Origin: Nanobdellota archaeon
GTDB lineage: Archaea > Nanobdellota > Nanobdellia > Pacearchaeales > GW2011-AR1
Assembly: GCA_038045705.1 (NCBI GenBank)
Contig: JBBSXO010000009.1
Coordinates: 1-26,831 of the forward strand
Reading direction: 5' to 3'
Length of the DNA: 26,831 nt
In this document: positions 9,701 through 16,868 of the stretch, piece by piece
Position numbering within the stretch: the stretch's first letter is position 1
Layout of the letters: each line of letters begins with the position of its first letter
Position numbers and translations under genes: made by a program
Notes under the pieces: model-generated
Told to the model about the DNA's origin: nothing
Seen by the model: the letters and a program-made list of their open reading frames with translations, nothing else
The model's database searches: none

Positions 9701-12324
9701 CATCTTATAATAATAAATTTGCACCCGGAGAAACTACTGTTAGATATTTTGAGACTGAACCTTATAAAGGTCTTCCTGCAATTGTTCCTTTTGATTTGAC
9801 TAGAGGATTTTATGCTGCCACAACACAGGCATTGCCTATTTTTGGAGGAACTAAATCTTATGAGGATAATGGAAGACCTTCAAGTTTTTTTGTATGTAAT
9901 GTAATGAAAGACAGTAATATTGGATTTTATGCTCCAAATTATGGGGATGATGAATGTGTTCAATTTAATCTTTATACTGGACAATCTTTTTCAAGTTTCC
10001 CTGGATTGAGTGAATCTGATACTAAGAAATTAGTAACTGACGCAATTAAAGCAATTAATGAGGCTCACCAACAATATGGCAAGAGCACAGTTAGAATAAG
10101 TGGTAATCAAATGAATGTTGGAAGAGCTGCTTCTCTTCTTCCTGGAAGTCAGTGTCAGGATTATATGAGTCCTCAAGATTGTAAAATATTATTCAATGTT
10201 TGTGACCCTGTAATTTGTCCTGCATCTAGGTGTAATTTTGGGGGAGAATATTATGTGTCTGATGTCGTCCAGTCAGGAGTTGTTGGGAGCGTGTTACTAT
10301 GTTTACCAAATATAAAAGAAGGAATTGTTGTTCCCGTTTGTTTAACTGGAATTAAGGCTGGAATTGATGGATATTTATCTATACTGAAATCTCATCAACA
10401 ATGTTTGCAAGAAGCTGTTGAAACTGGTAAATATGTAGGTATTTGTGATCAGGTTAGTTCTGTTTATCTTTGTGAGTTCTTCTGGAGACAGGCTGCACCT
10501 CTTGCTAAATCTGTTATTCCTAAATTAGTTGAGCATGCTTATTCTGGTGGACAAGGAAACGTTCGCGGAGGCGGGGAATATATGACTGTTCAGAGTTCAT
10601 GGCAAAATGCTCAAGATTCTGCGAATTACTTTACTCAGAGTTATGCTGTTAATTCACTTGATGCGTTTAAAATAAGATCTATCGAAGAAGCTGGAACTGA
10701 AATTTGCAGGGCTTTTGTTTCTGCTAAAGGTCCTAAGACTTTTGAGACTTTAGTTGAACCTGATTCACCTCCACAGTTCCATGCATGGTATAGTTCTATT
10801 GACTTTACTGACGCTACTATTCCTGCAACTTCACAGTATAAAGTATTTTATCATATATTTGCTGGACAGGAAAGAGGAGTTTCTTATAGTGTTTATCTGA
10901 AAGATCCTCCTGTTAGTTCTCAATATGCTTCAGCACCGTTTCTAACTGTTGCTACGGGATTTGTTGCTCGTGGTCAGTATGCTACTGAAAGTAAGGACTT
11001 TACTGCTCCTAAAGGCTATCAGCAATTATGTGTGAGGATAAATGATAAAGAAGAATGTGGATTCAAGCAAGTTTCTAGTAGTTTCGCTGTTAATTATGTT
11101 CGTGATTCTATTGTATCTGATGAATTAACTAGAACAGATATTACTACTGAAACAGAATGTGTTTCTGGAAGCATAAACCCTGGAGCTTTGCTAAATCCTA
11201 ATCTACAGAGTTCTGTTGAAGAGGCTTTAAATCCTGCAATATATAACCGAGGAATAGTCAGAGTTTGTGCAACTGATAATCCTGGAAGTAAGAGCGAACC
11301 TAGCCGTTATGTTAAAGTCGGAATTTGTGGAAGTGAAAGACTTGTATGTTGGCTTGACAAAAATAGTCTTGATAAAGCAATTACAGATATTAATGTTGGT
11401 TTACAAGACAAAACATTAAGTGAAGTTGAGCAAATACAAAAACAATATTTGGATAGTAATGATAGATTCGTTGGTTCTACTGAATTAGATTCTGAACTTA
11501 ATAGGATAAAACCTAAAGTTGATGTAGCAGATAAAGGGAATATTGGATCTTTGATTATGGAGTTAGATGGTTTATATGATAAAGCAGCGTTTGATCATTA
11601 CAAAGCGGAAATATTATTATGGAAAGCTAGAGCTTACGGGAATGCTTTTATCAATTCTTTACCTAGACAGAAGGTATCAAATCCTCCTCAAGGTACATCT
11701 GAAAGTGCAACTATAAACCAAAATGATTATACTTCTGTAGATAGTTATGATGATTTTGTGGCTGACGCAGTTTATTTACAGACAACTTCTGGAAAACATT
11801 ACCAAGTTGTTTCAGTTAACCAAACAGAAGTAATTTTGAATAGGCTATTAAATTGGGGAAATTATGATAGAGGTGATTTTATTAAAATATCTGAAACTGA
11901 TGTGGTTGAAATTTCTAACTTATTAAGATATACTGGAAGTGGTGACTTGTTTGATTCTTCTGCAAATTCTCTTGAAACGGAAAACAGAAATAATGGAGAA
12001 AGAATTTTGAGTTTTGAACAAGAGTACAGACCAAGTGTTCGTAATAGATTGTTATTAAATGGAAAGCAAACTCCTGTATTGTTTTTTAATAATGAAATAA
12101 TATTTGAAGGACAAGGGCTTATAAAAATAAGTTATCCTGTTGGAAGAATTGATAATGGTAAAATAATTTTTGATAATGATAATTATGTTGGAAGAATAAA
12201 TGAGATATTTGGAACAGATAGTTATGCTTTGATAAACAGATATATTACTGTAGATCAAATAAAACAGGGAATTGACTTAGAAGGGTTAATGGGTATAGTA
12301 AGCGGTTCTGTAATTGTTAGATAG
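6793..12324 (+). CDS. Giant (1843 aa) secreted Cys-rich protein of unknown function
   Basis: Sec signal peptide ending LSFVSA. ATGA overlap with the upstream gene. TPR-like helical patch (YYESIANDY...LINKYIDSYP), a coiled coil followed by an amphipathic/hydrophobic segment, a very Cys-rich central region, and no C-terminal TM helix. Confidence 0.85.
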   Translation: MRNLILIVVFVFLLSFVSAQVVSSDNGFFGSRSGTANFVNYGSSFSSYYGSNANTYWPIISNRDECTSSQDILVQISPAGCQPTVVRSDLLAEQNVPVFCQLDLLQVNPVINIKQIRNIRFNGQYPNYVAGVGFHPANAALRTTNSLLGTPLESNIGYVVVVLKRNPDEKTMPDFFNFTLSASIDYYSGNAVGIGATELLLKETNNDEWEVAKNRQILFGGKMSVRVRDTDSNNSIKVELYSGDVKYSEMVLQKNQAQPNSVYLPGSYCQTALQFSYSDFVSPSAIARIQVDDDILDLYQGSRFLNNKCVVKTVTDKSVEINCGREPISLTTIPTSFVIGDKVYRVNSDFSVDITREYIIESVTNKDGKVSYKLNGEMELFTSDHLRSVSNTVLYEATYGEYEQYIVNATNYYESIANDYGNLRKQEVLGEEYGEVALSAAIDLAVNYDKKNTASRLINKYIDSYPNGKNKDKFIRALNDLYIRDSSLGTISVESDDGFHLIKLIDISPAGKKSSAKIFWGEEEQVYQGQTIDFNIGKLTLLRVRDYGTIDVQTVCNNNNRDSRAFNGTIRLGATGVITSCGVSLRVNSIEFEDYVRLRISPVTRSGTITNFSVGVGIEKRAIELTPSKAQKKIENLNESIKKWGAISNSLGEVVTGLKTACFATAGVLTVKNFFTGLSGEALARRGVMSGEDGWTKFCQSKINDETYDSLTECYNSNSVDIGKDVEARKKAITDTNALTQQIEDGAKYPNREGGFSGTNFNDTQAKQELIDRISTECSSEALGPKSSGASTNYSNIRSLFPSGYNVDSYSYTQLRDIYFNCQTLKNGGSSRGNLTARAELDSIGYAISERLKYDERVSIHGSDKIFTLQNGKEGNYFADTINSVSSRGYQVSALGLTGNTPVQIVEGRGSSYLVVLDQRGDIYAPVKVHRLDGKNLASTSTPGSSGSEIPLTNSELSGLPSAFKIVDSTSYNNKFAPGETTVRYFETEPYKGLPAIVPFDLTRGFYAATTQALPIFGGTKSYEDNGRPSSFFVCNVMKDSNIGFYAPNYGDDECVQFNLYTGQSFSSFPGLSESDTKKLVTDAIKAINEAHQQYGKSTVRISGNQMNVGRAASLLPGSQCQDYMSPQDCKILFNVCDPVICPASRCNFGGEYYVSDVVQSGVVGSVLLCLPNIKEGIVVPVCLTGIKAGIDGYLSILKSHQQCLQEAVETGKYVGICDQVSSVYLCEFFWRQAAPLAKSVIPKLVEHAYSGGQGNVRGGGEYMTVQSSWQNAQDSANYFTQSYAVNSLDAFKIRSIEEAGTEICRAFVSAKGPKTFETLVEPDSPPQFHAWYSSIDFTDATIPATSQYKVFYHIFAGQERGVSYSVYLKDPPVSSQYASAPFLTVATGFVARGQYATESKDFTAPKGYQQLCVRINDKEECGFKQVSSSFAVNYVRDSIVSDELTRTDITTETECVSGSINPGALLNPNLQSSVEEALNPAIYNRGIVRVCATDNPGSKSEPSRYVKVGICGSERLVCWLDKNSLDKAITDINVGLQDKTLSEVEQIQKQYLDSNDRFVGSTELDSELNRIKPKVDVADKGNIGSLIMELDGLYDKAAFDHYKAEILLWKARAYGNAFINSLPRQKVSNPPQGTSESATINQNDYTSVDSYDDFVADAVYLQTTSGKHYQVVSVNQTEVILNRLLNWGNYDRGDFIKISETDVVEISNLLRYTGSGDLFDSSANSLETENRNNGERILSFEQEYRPSVRNRLLLNGKQTPVLFFNNEIIFEGQGLIKISYPVGRIDNGKIIFDNDNYVGRINEIFGTDSYALINRYITVDQIKQGIDLEGLMGIVSGSVIVR

Positions 12325-12353
12325 GTAAAAAATTATCTAACAATTACTGATCC
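12304..12353. repeat. 20-bp inverted repeat spanning the 3' ends of two convergent genes (possible bidirectional terminator)
   Basis: GGTTCTGTAATTGTTAGATA (12304-12323) versus the reverse complement of 12334-12353, GGATCAGTAATTGTTAGATA: 18/20 identical, with a 10-nt spacer. Confidence 0.85.
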
Positions 12354-13133
12354 TTGATTAGGAGTTACATTAGGAATTATAGCTGAACTATTTTCTGGAT
12401 TCCTAGCATTATATTCTGCTGAGCTTATTCCTCTCAAAGCATAGATTTCATTACTACGGATAACAATTCTTCCATCTTTACTATTTATTCTTTCTTGAGT
12501 TTCATCTATGAATCCTTCTACTGGTATCATTAATCTTTCAGTAATGACATCATTGTCATCTGTAACTATTGGAGCAAAAAATGCTATTTTAGGAGTTTCT
12601 ATTTTATTATCGTGATCTATCTCAATAGCTGGGATAACATATTCCCATTCTTTATTTGTGATAATTCTCACTCCTAACTGCTCGTTAGTGTTAGGTTTAG
12701 GAGAACCTTTTTTTCTTGCTATTATTGCATATTTTCCTGTTGTTTTGAATTCTACTTCTTTAGCAAATATGAGTCGAGAACTTTTTACACCTTTTTCATC
12801 AGTTACTTCTTCCGGTATCTCAAATTTTGGCAAGATATAAACTACATCTGAATCAATATCTATTGTTCTAGCACGTCTATTTTTAACTTCCCATGAGTCT
12901 GGAGTTCCATATGGTATACCCATAAATGGTAATTCAGTTCCTTGTCTATTTCGAGATACCATTGTGACTAATTCTAATCCAGAATGTGTTATTGTGGGAA
13001 TGCGCTCTTGATAATCTCTATTTGAAACTGAGACAATCTCACTATCATGAATAAAATTTATGTTGTGTAAATAAGGTGTACAGCTTGTTGTTAATGCACC
13101 CGCAAAAAGTAAAGATGTTAATGCTTTTTTCAT
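12333..13133 (-). CDS. Putative lipoprotein, unknown function
   Basis: MKK + hydrophobic stretch + LTTSC lipobox-like motif; 266-aa uninterrupted ORF; TATA-like sequence upstream. Confidence 0.75.
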   Translation of the reverse strand: MKKALTSLLFAGALTTSCTPYLHNINFIHDSEIVSVSNRDYQERIPTITHSGLELVTMVSRNRQGTELPFMGIPYGTPDSWEVKNRRARTIDIDSDVVYILPKFEIPEEVTDEKGVKSSRLIFAKEVEFKTTGKYAIIARKKGSPKPNTNEQLGVRIITNKEWEYVIPAIEIDHDNKIETPKIAFFAPIVTDDNDVITERLMIPVEGFIDETQERINSKDGRIVIRSNEIYALRGISSAEYNARNPENSSAIIPNVTPNQGSVIVR

Positions 13134-13213
13134 AGTTTGTTTAGAAAATGACTGTTTTTAAGTTTTTTTGCTATTTTGTTACTTGATTCAGTAGCAATTA
13201 ATTCGAGGATGTT

Positions 13214-14161
13214 TTATTGTTTAATTTGTGCTATTTGTTTTGCTGTTTTTGATTCAGCTTCTTTTAATTTTAGTTTATCTTCTATTCCTAAACGGTCTAT
13301 AAGTTCTTTGTATCTGTTTCTAATTGTAACTTCTGTTATTCCTGCAACATCTGCTACTTCTCTTTGAGTTTTTTTCTCGTCGTTAATAAGTGCTGAAACA
13401 TAAAGTGCTGCTGCTGCAATTCCTGCCGGACCTCTTCCAGAGGTTAACTCCGAAATATCTGCTTTCTTTAGGATTTTTATTGCTTCATTTTGTGCGTGAG
13501 GACTTAAATGTAAGATGGATGAGAATCTTGAGATGTAGTCTTTTGGAGACGAAGGCTTTACTTTGATTCCAAGTTTTCTTATAATAAATCTATATGTCCT
13601 TCCAATTTCTTTTCTTGCTACATCTGATGCGTTTGCAATTTCATCTAATGTTCTTGGAATATTGTATGAACGGCAAGCTGCATAGATACAAGCTGCTATA
13701 ACTGATTCCATACTTCTTCCACGAACTAGGCCTCTTTGAAGAACGAATTGGTATACTCTTGATGCTTCATCTCTTACTACTGAAGGTAACGTTAAAAATG
13801 AAGATACTCTTCTTAATTCTGCCATTGCTAACCTTAAGTTTCTCTCGATTGAAGTTGAAACTCTTTCTTGCCATTTCTTTAAACGTAAGAACTTTCTTGT
13901 TTGTCCCGCTTCTAATTTGTAGATATCTGATATTTCTCCTATATTTGTTGTTAGACCTTGGTCGAATTTTTGCCTGGAAATTGGAGCTCCACCACGACCT
14001 TTTTTTTCAGATTTATCAAACTGGCCACCAACATCTTGACCAGTGTCCACCATTTTATCTTCGACAATTAAACCACAATCACCACATATAATTTCTCCTT
14101 TTTGATCATCGTGGGTAAGGTTTATGCTATTACACTCCGGACATCTTTTGACAAAACTCAT
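13214..14161 (-). CDS. tfb: Transcription initiation factor IIB (TFB)
   Basis: CPEC...GEIICGDCG zinc ribbon, ERNLRLAMAEL, two cyclin repeats (GLVRGRSMES; GRGPAGIAAAALY) and TQREVADVAGITEVTIRNRYKEL. Confidence 0.97.
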   Translation of the reverse strand: MSFVKRCPECNSINLTHDDQKGEIICGDCGLIVEDKMVDTGQDVGGQFDKSEKKGRGGAPISRQKFDQGLTTNIGEISDIYKLEAGQTRKFLRLKKWQERVSTSIERNLRLAMAELRRVSSFLTLPSVVRDEASRVYQFVLQRGLVRGRSMESVIAACIYAACRSYNIPRTLDEIANASDVARKEIGRTYRFIIRKLGIKVKPSSPKDYISRFSSILHLSPHAQNEAIKILKKADISELTSGRGPAGIAAAALYVSALINDEKKTQREVADVAGITEVTIRNRYKELIDRLGIEDKLKLKEAESKTAKQIAQIKQ

Positions 14162-14218
14162 GAAATCGAAACCTTTATAAATGTATTTTTTACTCGAGAG
14201 TATTTAAACCTTTCTTAT

Positions 14219-14578
14219 TTATTCGACTAGAACCGCATTAACTACGCCTTCTCTAGAAGGTCTGTTTGTTATTCTTGCTTTTCCCTTTAATGTTTCAATT
14301 ATTGCACCTTTGATTAATCTGTTTTGACGTGCAAGGAACACATCTTGAGGAGTTTGGATAACATTCTTTATTTCAACTTGTTCGGTTTTTTTTCCAATTG
14401 TTAGATTTGCTTTGTTTGTTTTTAAAAGGATTGCTTTTTTACTCCCGCCCATTGTTCTTATTATTTTATTTTTAGTTTCGCCTAGAGTTGTCTCATTTTC
14501 TTGAGACTGGTTTTCGTACCATCTTTTCTTTCTGTTTCTGTGGTATCTTCCTCCAGATGTTTTTCGACCTATATTCAT
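14219..14578 (-). CDS. rps8e: 30S ribosomal protein S8e (eS8)
   Basis: RKTSGGRY...RTMGG...KGAIIET..GKARITNRPSREGVVNAVL. Confidence 0.95.
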   Translation of the reverse strand: MNIGRKTSGGRYHRNRKKRWYENQSQENETTLGETKNKIIRTMGGSKKAILLKTNKANLTIGKKTEQVEIKNVIQTPQDVFLARQNRLIKGAIIETLKGKARITNRPSREGVVNAVLVE

Positions 14579-14711
14579 ATAGTGATCTTTTAATTGTTGT
14601 TTTTAAAGGTTTCTAAGTATCTGGCTTTGTGTATTAAGTAGCTCTTGTGTAAAATTCAAGATGACTTAAATATTTAACAAATCTTATATACTTAATTTAT
14701 TTTCTATATTG

Positions 14712-15353
14712 ATGTCAAAAAAAGAGGTAAAAGTTATTAATTTTTTAGTTATTTTTCTTTTAATAACTTCTGTTTTTTCAATGATATTTTTTTATATGTC
14801 TGCTAAGAATTTGTTTATGCATATATCTGGATATGCAACAAGTACTGGAGAAATTAATTTAACTGTTGAATCTGATGCAACTGCCACTTTTACAACATCC
14901 CAGATTAATTGGGGTTCTGGAAGAGTTAATTCTGGCCAGAGTTCTGCTGGTTTGAATACTTTCGAGACAAATAATGTTACTAATGGAAATTGGACTCTTC
15001 AAAATTCTGGTGGTTTGAGAATACAAAATAATGGCAATGTTAATTTGACTTTAAATTTAAGTGGTTCTAAGACTGCTGCTCAAATAATTGGAGGCACTGG
15101 CCCAGGTTATAAATGGAATATCTCTAATGTTGAGGCTGGAAGTTGTAGAAACTCTTCTGGTGGGACTGGTTCATTACCATTGGATTTATTTTATGACGTA
15201 AATACTACTACTACTTTGTTTTGTAGTTTTTTTCATTATGATAACGGCCAAGATAGTATTCGCATAGACTTTAATTTAACAGTTCCTTCTGATTCTTTAA
15301 CTGGAGCTTTAGGAGATACTATAACAGCTACTGCATTTCCTGCTGCTTTTTAA
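14712..15353 (+). CDS. Secreted/membrane-anchored beta-rich glycoprotein (possible filament or envelope subunit)
   Basis: N-terminal TM helix followed by ISGYATSTGEINLTV. The rest is an all-beta, Gly/Asn/Thr-rich domain with several N-x-S/T sequons and one Cys pair. Confidence 0.7.
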   Translation: MSKKEVKVINFLVIFLLITSVFSMIFFYMSAKNLFMHISGYATSTGEINLTVESDATATFTTSQINWGSGRVNSGQSSAGLNTFETNNVTNGNWTLQNSGGLRIQNNGNVNLTLNLSGSKTAAQIIGGTGPGYKWNISNVEAGSCRNSSGGTGSLPLDLFYDVNTTTTLFCSFFHYDNGQDSIRIDFNLTVPSDSLTGALGDTITATAFPAAF

Positions 15354-15422
15354 TTGAAGTTTTATCTAAGCTATCAGAATATCAGAATAAAGTTTAAATA
15401 GTCTCTTTGTGCGTATCGTTTT

Positions 15423-15653
15423 ATGGTAAATGTTATAGAGAGACCGTTAGACCTTTTGAATAATTCGAAGGGAAAGGAAGTTATTGTGCAGTTAAAGAAT
15501 GAGAGGCAGTTTTCTGGAGTGTTAAAGGCATTTGATATACACATCAATATTGTTCTTGATCACGCTAAGGAAATGGTAAATGGTGAACTAAAGAAAAATT
15601 ATGGACCTACTTTTTTACGTGGAGACACTATTATTTTTATTTCTCCTGCTTAA
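15423..15653 (+). CDS. Sm-like (Lsm/SmAP) RNA-binding protein
   Basis: RPLDLLN...V.LK....GVLKAFDIHINIVL (Sm1) and FLRGDTIIFISP (Sm2). Confidence 0.95.
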   Translation: MVNVIERPLDLLNNSKGKEVIVQLKNERQFSGVLKAFDIHINIVLDHAKEMVNGELKKNYGPTFLRGDTIIFISPA

Positions 15654-15692
15654 TTCTATTACTTTTAATTAACTAGAAATTATTTTATTAGT

Positions 15693-16589
15693 TTAGACTT
15701 TCAAGACATCTAAGTCTTCAGGGATTAATGTGTTTTTGAAGACTTTCTTTGCTTCCTTTAGCATTTGAGGGATTCTATGAATATGCTTTTCTGATATATG
15801 AACTAAAGCTAGTTTCTTGACTTTTGCTTTTTTTGCTATTGTAGCTGATTGTTCTGTTGTAAGATGTTTGTATTCCTTTGCTTGCTCGCTTTCATTTTCG
15901 GCATAGGTAGACTCACAAATTAATAAGTCTGAGCCCTTTGCGAAACTTATTGTGTTATTATTCATCGCAGTATCTAAGATAACTGTTAATATTTTTCCTT
16001 CTTGCAAATATGTTACATCTTTTGATTTTATTTTTTTACCGTTGTAAACTATATCTTTACCTTTCTGTAAATCTCCTATCAAAGGAGAATTTGGAAGCTT
16101 TAGTTTCTTTATTTTTGATTTATCTATTCTGAGAACTTCTTTTAATATTATTTTGTAAGCTAATGTCGGCATACCATGATCCATGTGCTGTGCTTCAATT
16201 CTTATATCTTTATCTTCATAGACTGGACCAGTATCTACTTCTTTTACTTCCATCTTTATTTTGAATGGGTTGTATATTCTCTGCAATAATTCTATTTTTT
16301 CTTTTGTATGTTTTGGTCCGTAAATTTTGAGTGTTTGAGAATAACTATTCATACCTATTGTTTTCAGAAGCGGTGTTAAGCCTATAGTATGGTCTTCATG
16401 CCAATGTGTAAGGAGAACATGTGTTAATCTTGTTGCATTTTCTTCTGCTAACTTGAATTGTCTTTGGATTCCTTCACCACAGTCTAGCAATATTTTATGT
16501 CTTTCAGTTTTAATTAGATAACCGCTATGATTCTTTTTTTTACTTGGGACAGTACTCGCTGTACCTAAACAGACTACTTCCATATTCAT
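15693..16589 (-). CDS. rnz: Ribonuclease Z (tRNA 3' endonuclease)
   Basis: LGTASTVPS, LDCGEGIQRQ, THWHEDH metallo-beta-lactamase motif, flexible arm, ICESTY, and HLT...LVHIS. The start is more likely the Met at 16589 or 16583 than at 16634. Confidence 0.93.
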   Translation of the reverse strand: MNMEVVCLGTASTVPSKKKNHSGYLIKTERHKILLDCGEGIQRQFKLAEENATRLTHVLLTHWHEDHTIGLTPLLKTIGMNSYSQTLKIYGPKHTKEKIELLQRIYNPFKIKMEVKEVDTGPVYEDKDIRIEAQHMDHGMPTLAYKIILKEVLRIDKSKIKKLKLPNSPLIGDLQKGKDIVYNGKKIKSKDVTYLQEGKILTVILDTAMNNNTISFAKGSDLLICESTYAENESEQAKEYKHLTTEQSATIAKKAKVKKLALVHISEKHIHRIPQMLKEAKKVFKNTLIPEDLDVLKV

Positions 16590-16644
16590 AATTATTTCAG
16601 TCTTTAGCTGTTTAAATAACTTATTAATAGACATAGTGTTTAAA

Positions 16645-16715
16645 TACTAAGTAGAACTTAATTTAATTAAGTTAGAGTTAGTATATCTAACTTTGACTAA
16701 TGTTTACTTAGTAAA
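16645..16715. promoter_or_regulatory. Dense palindrome array upstream of RHH-like gene 2
   Basis: TACT-A-AGTA (16645-16653), AACTTAATT-T-AATTAAGTT (16655-16673), AGTTAG-TATAT-CTAACT (16676-16692) and TTTACT-T-AGTAAA (16703-16715). Confidence 0.55.
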
Positions 16716-16868
16716 ATGAGAAGTGGTATTAAATCTTTAAAAAGTGTTAAGAAGTTTTTACTTGAAGTTCCAGCAGATGTTTGGGAAAAATGGAAAGATA
16801 GTGTTCCAAGATCTATCTCAATAAATAAAGCTTTAATAGAAATTTTAAGAAAGGAGGCTGAAAAATGA
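16716..16868 (+). CDS. Small ribbon-helix-helix-like DNA-binding protein (50 aa), absent from the ORF track
   Basis: Translates as MRSGIKSLKSVKKFLLEVPADVWEKWKDSVPRSISINKALIEILRKEAEK, a beta-strand plus two helices pattern. The stop overlaps the next ATG, and AGGAGG inside its 3' end serves the downstream gene. Confidence 0.75.
   Translation: MRSGIKSLKSVKKFLLEVPADVWEKWKDSVPRSISINKALIEILRKEAEK

Noticed and set aside
7505-14091. Shadow ORFs 7505..7708, 12055..12258, 12658..12840, 13176..13367 and 13759..14091
   Set aside because: They overlap longer, better supported CDSs in another frame or strand.
14614-14652. Weak direct repeat AAGTA...TTGTGTA x2 between rps8e and the 214-aa gene
   Set aside because: It is short, unevenly spaced and plausible by chance at this AT content.
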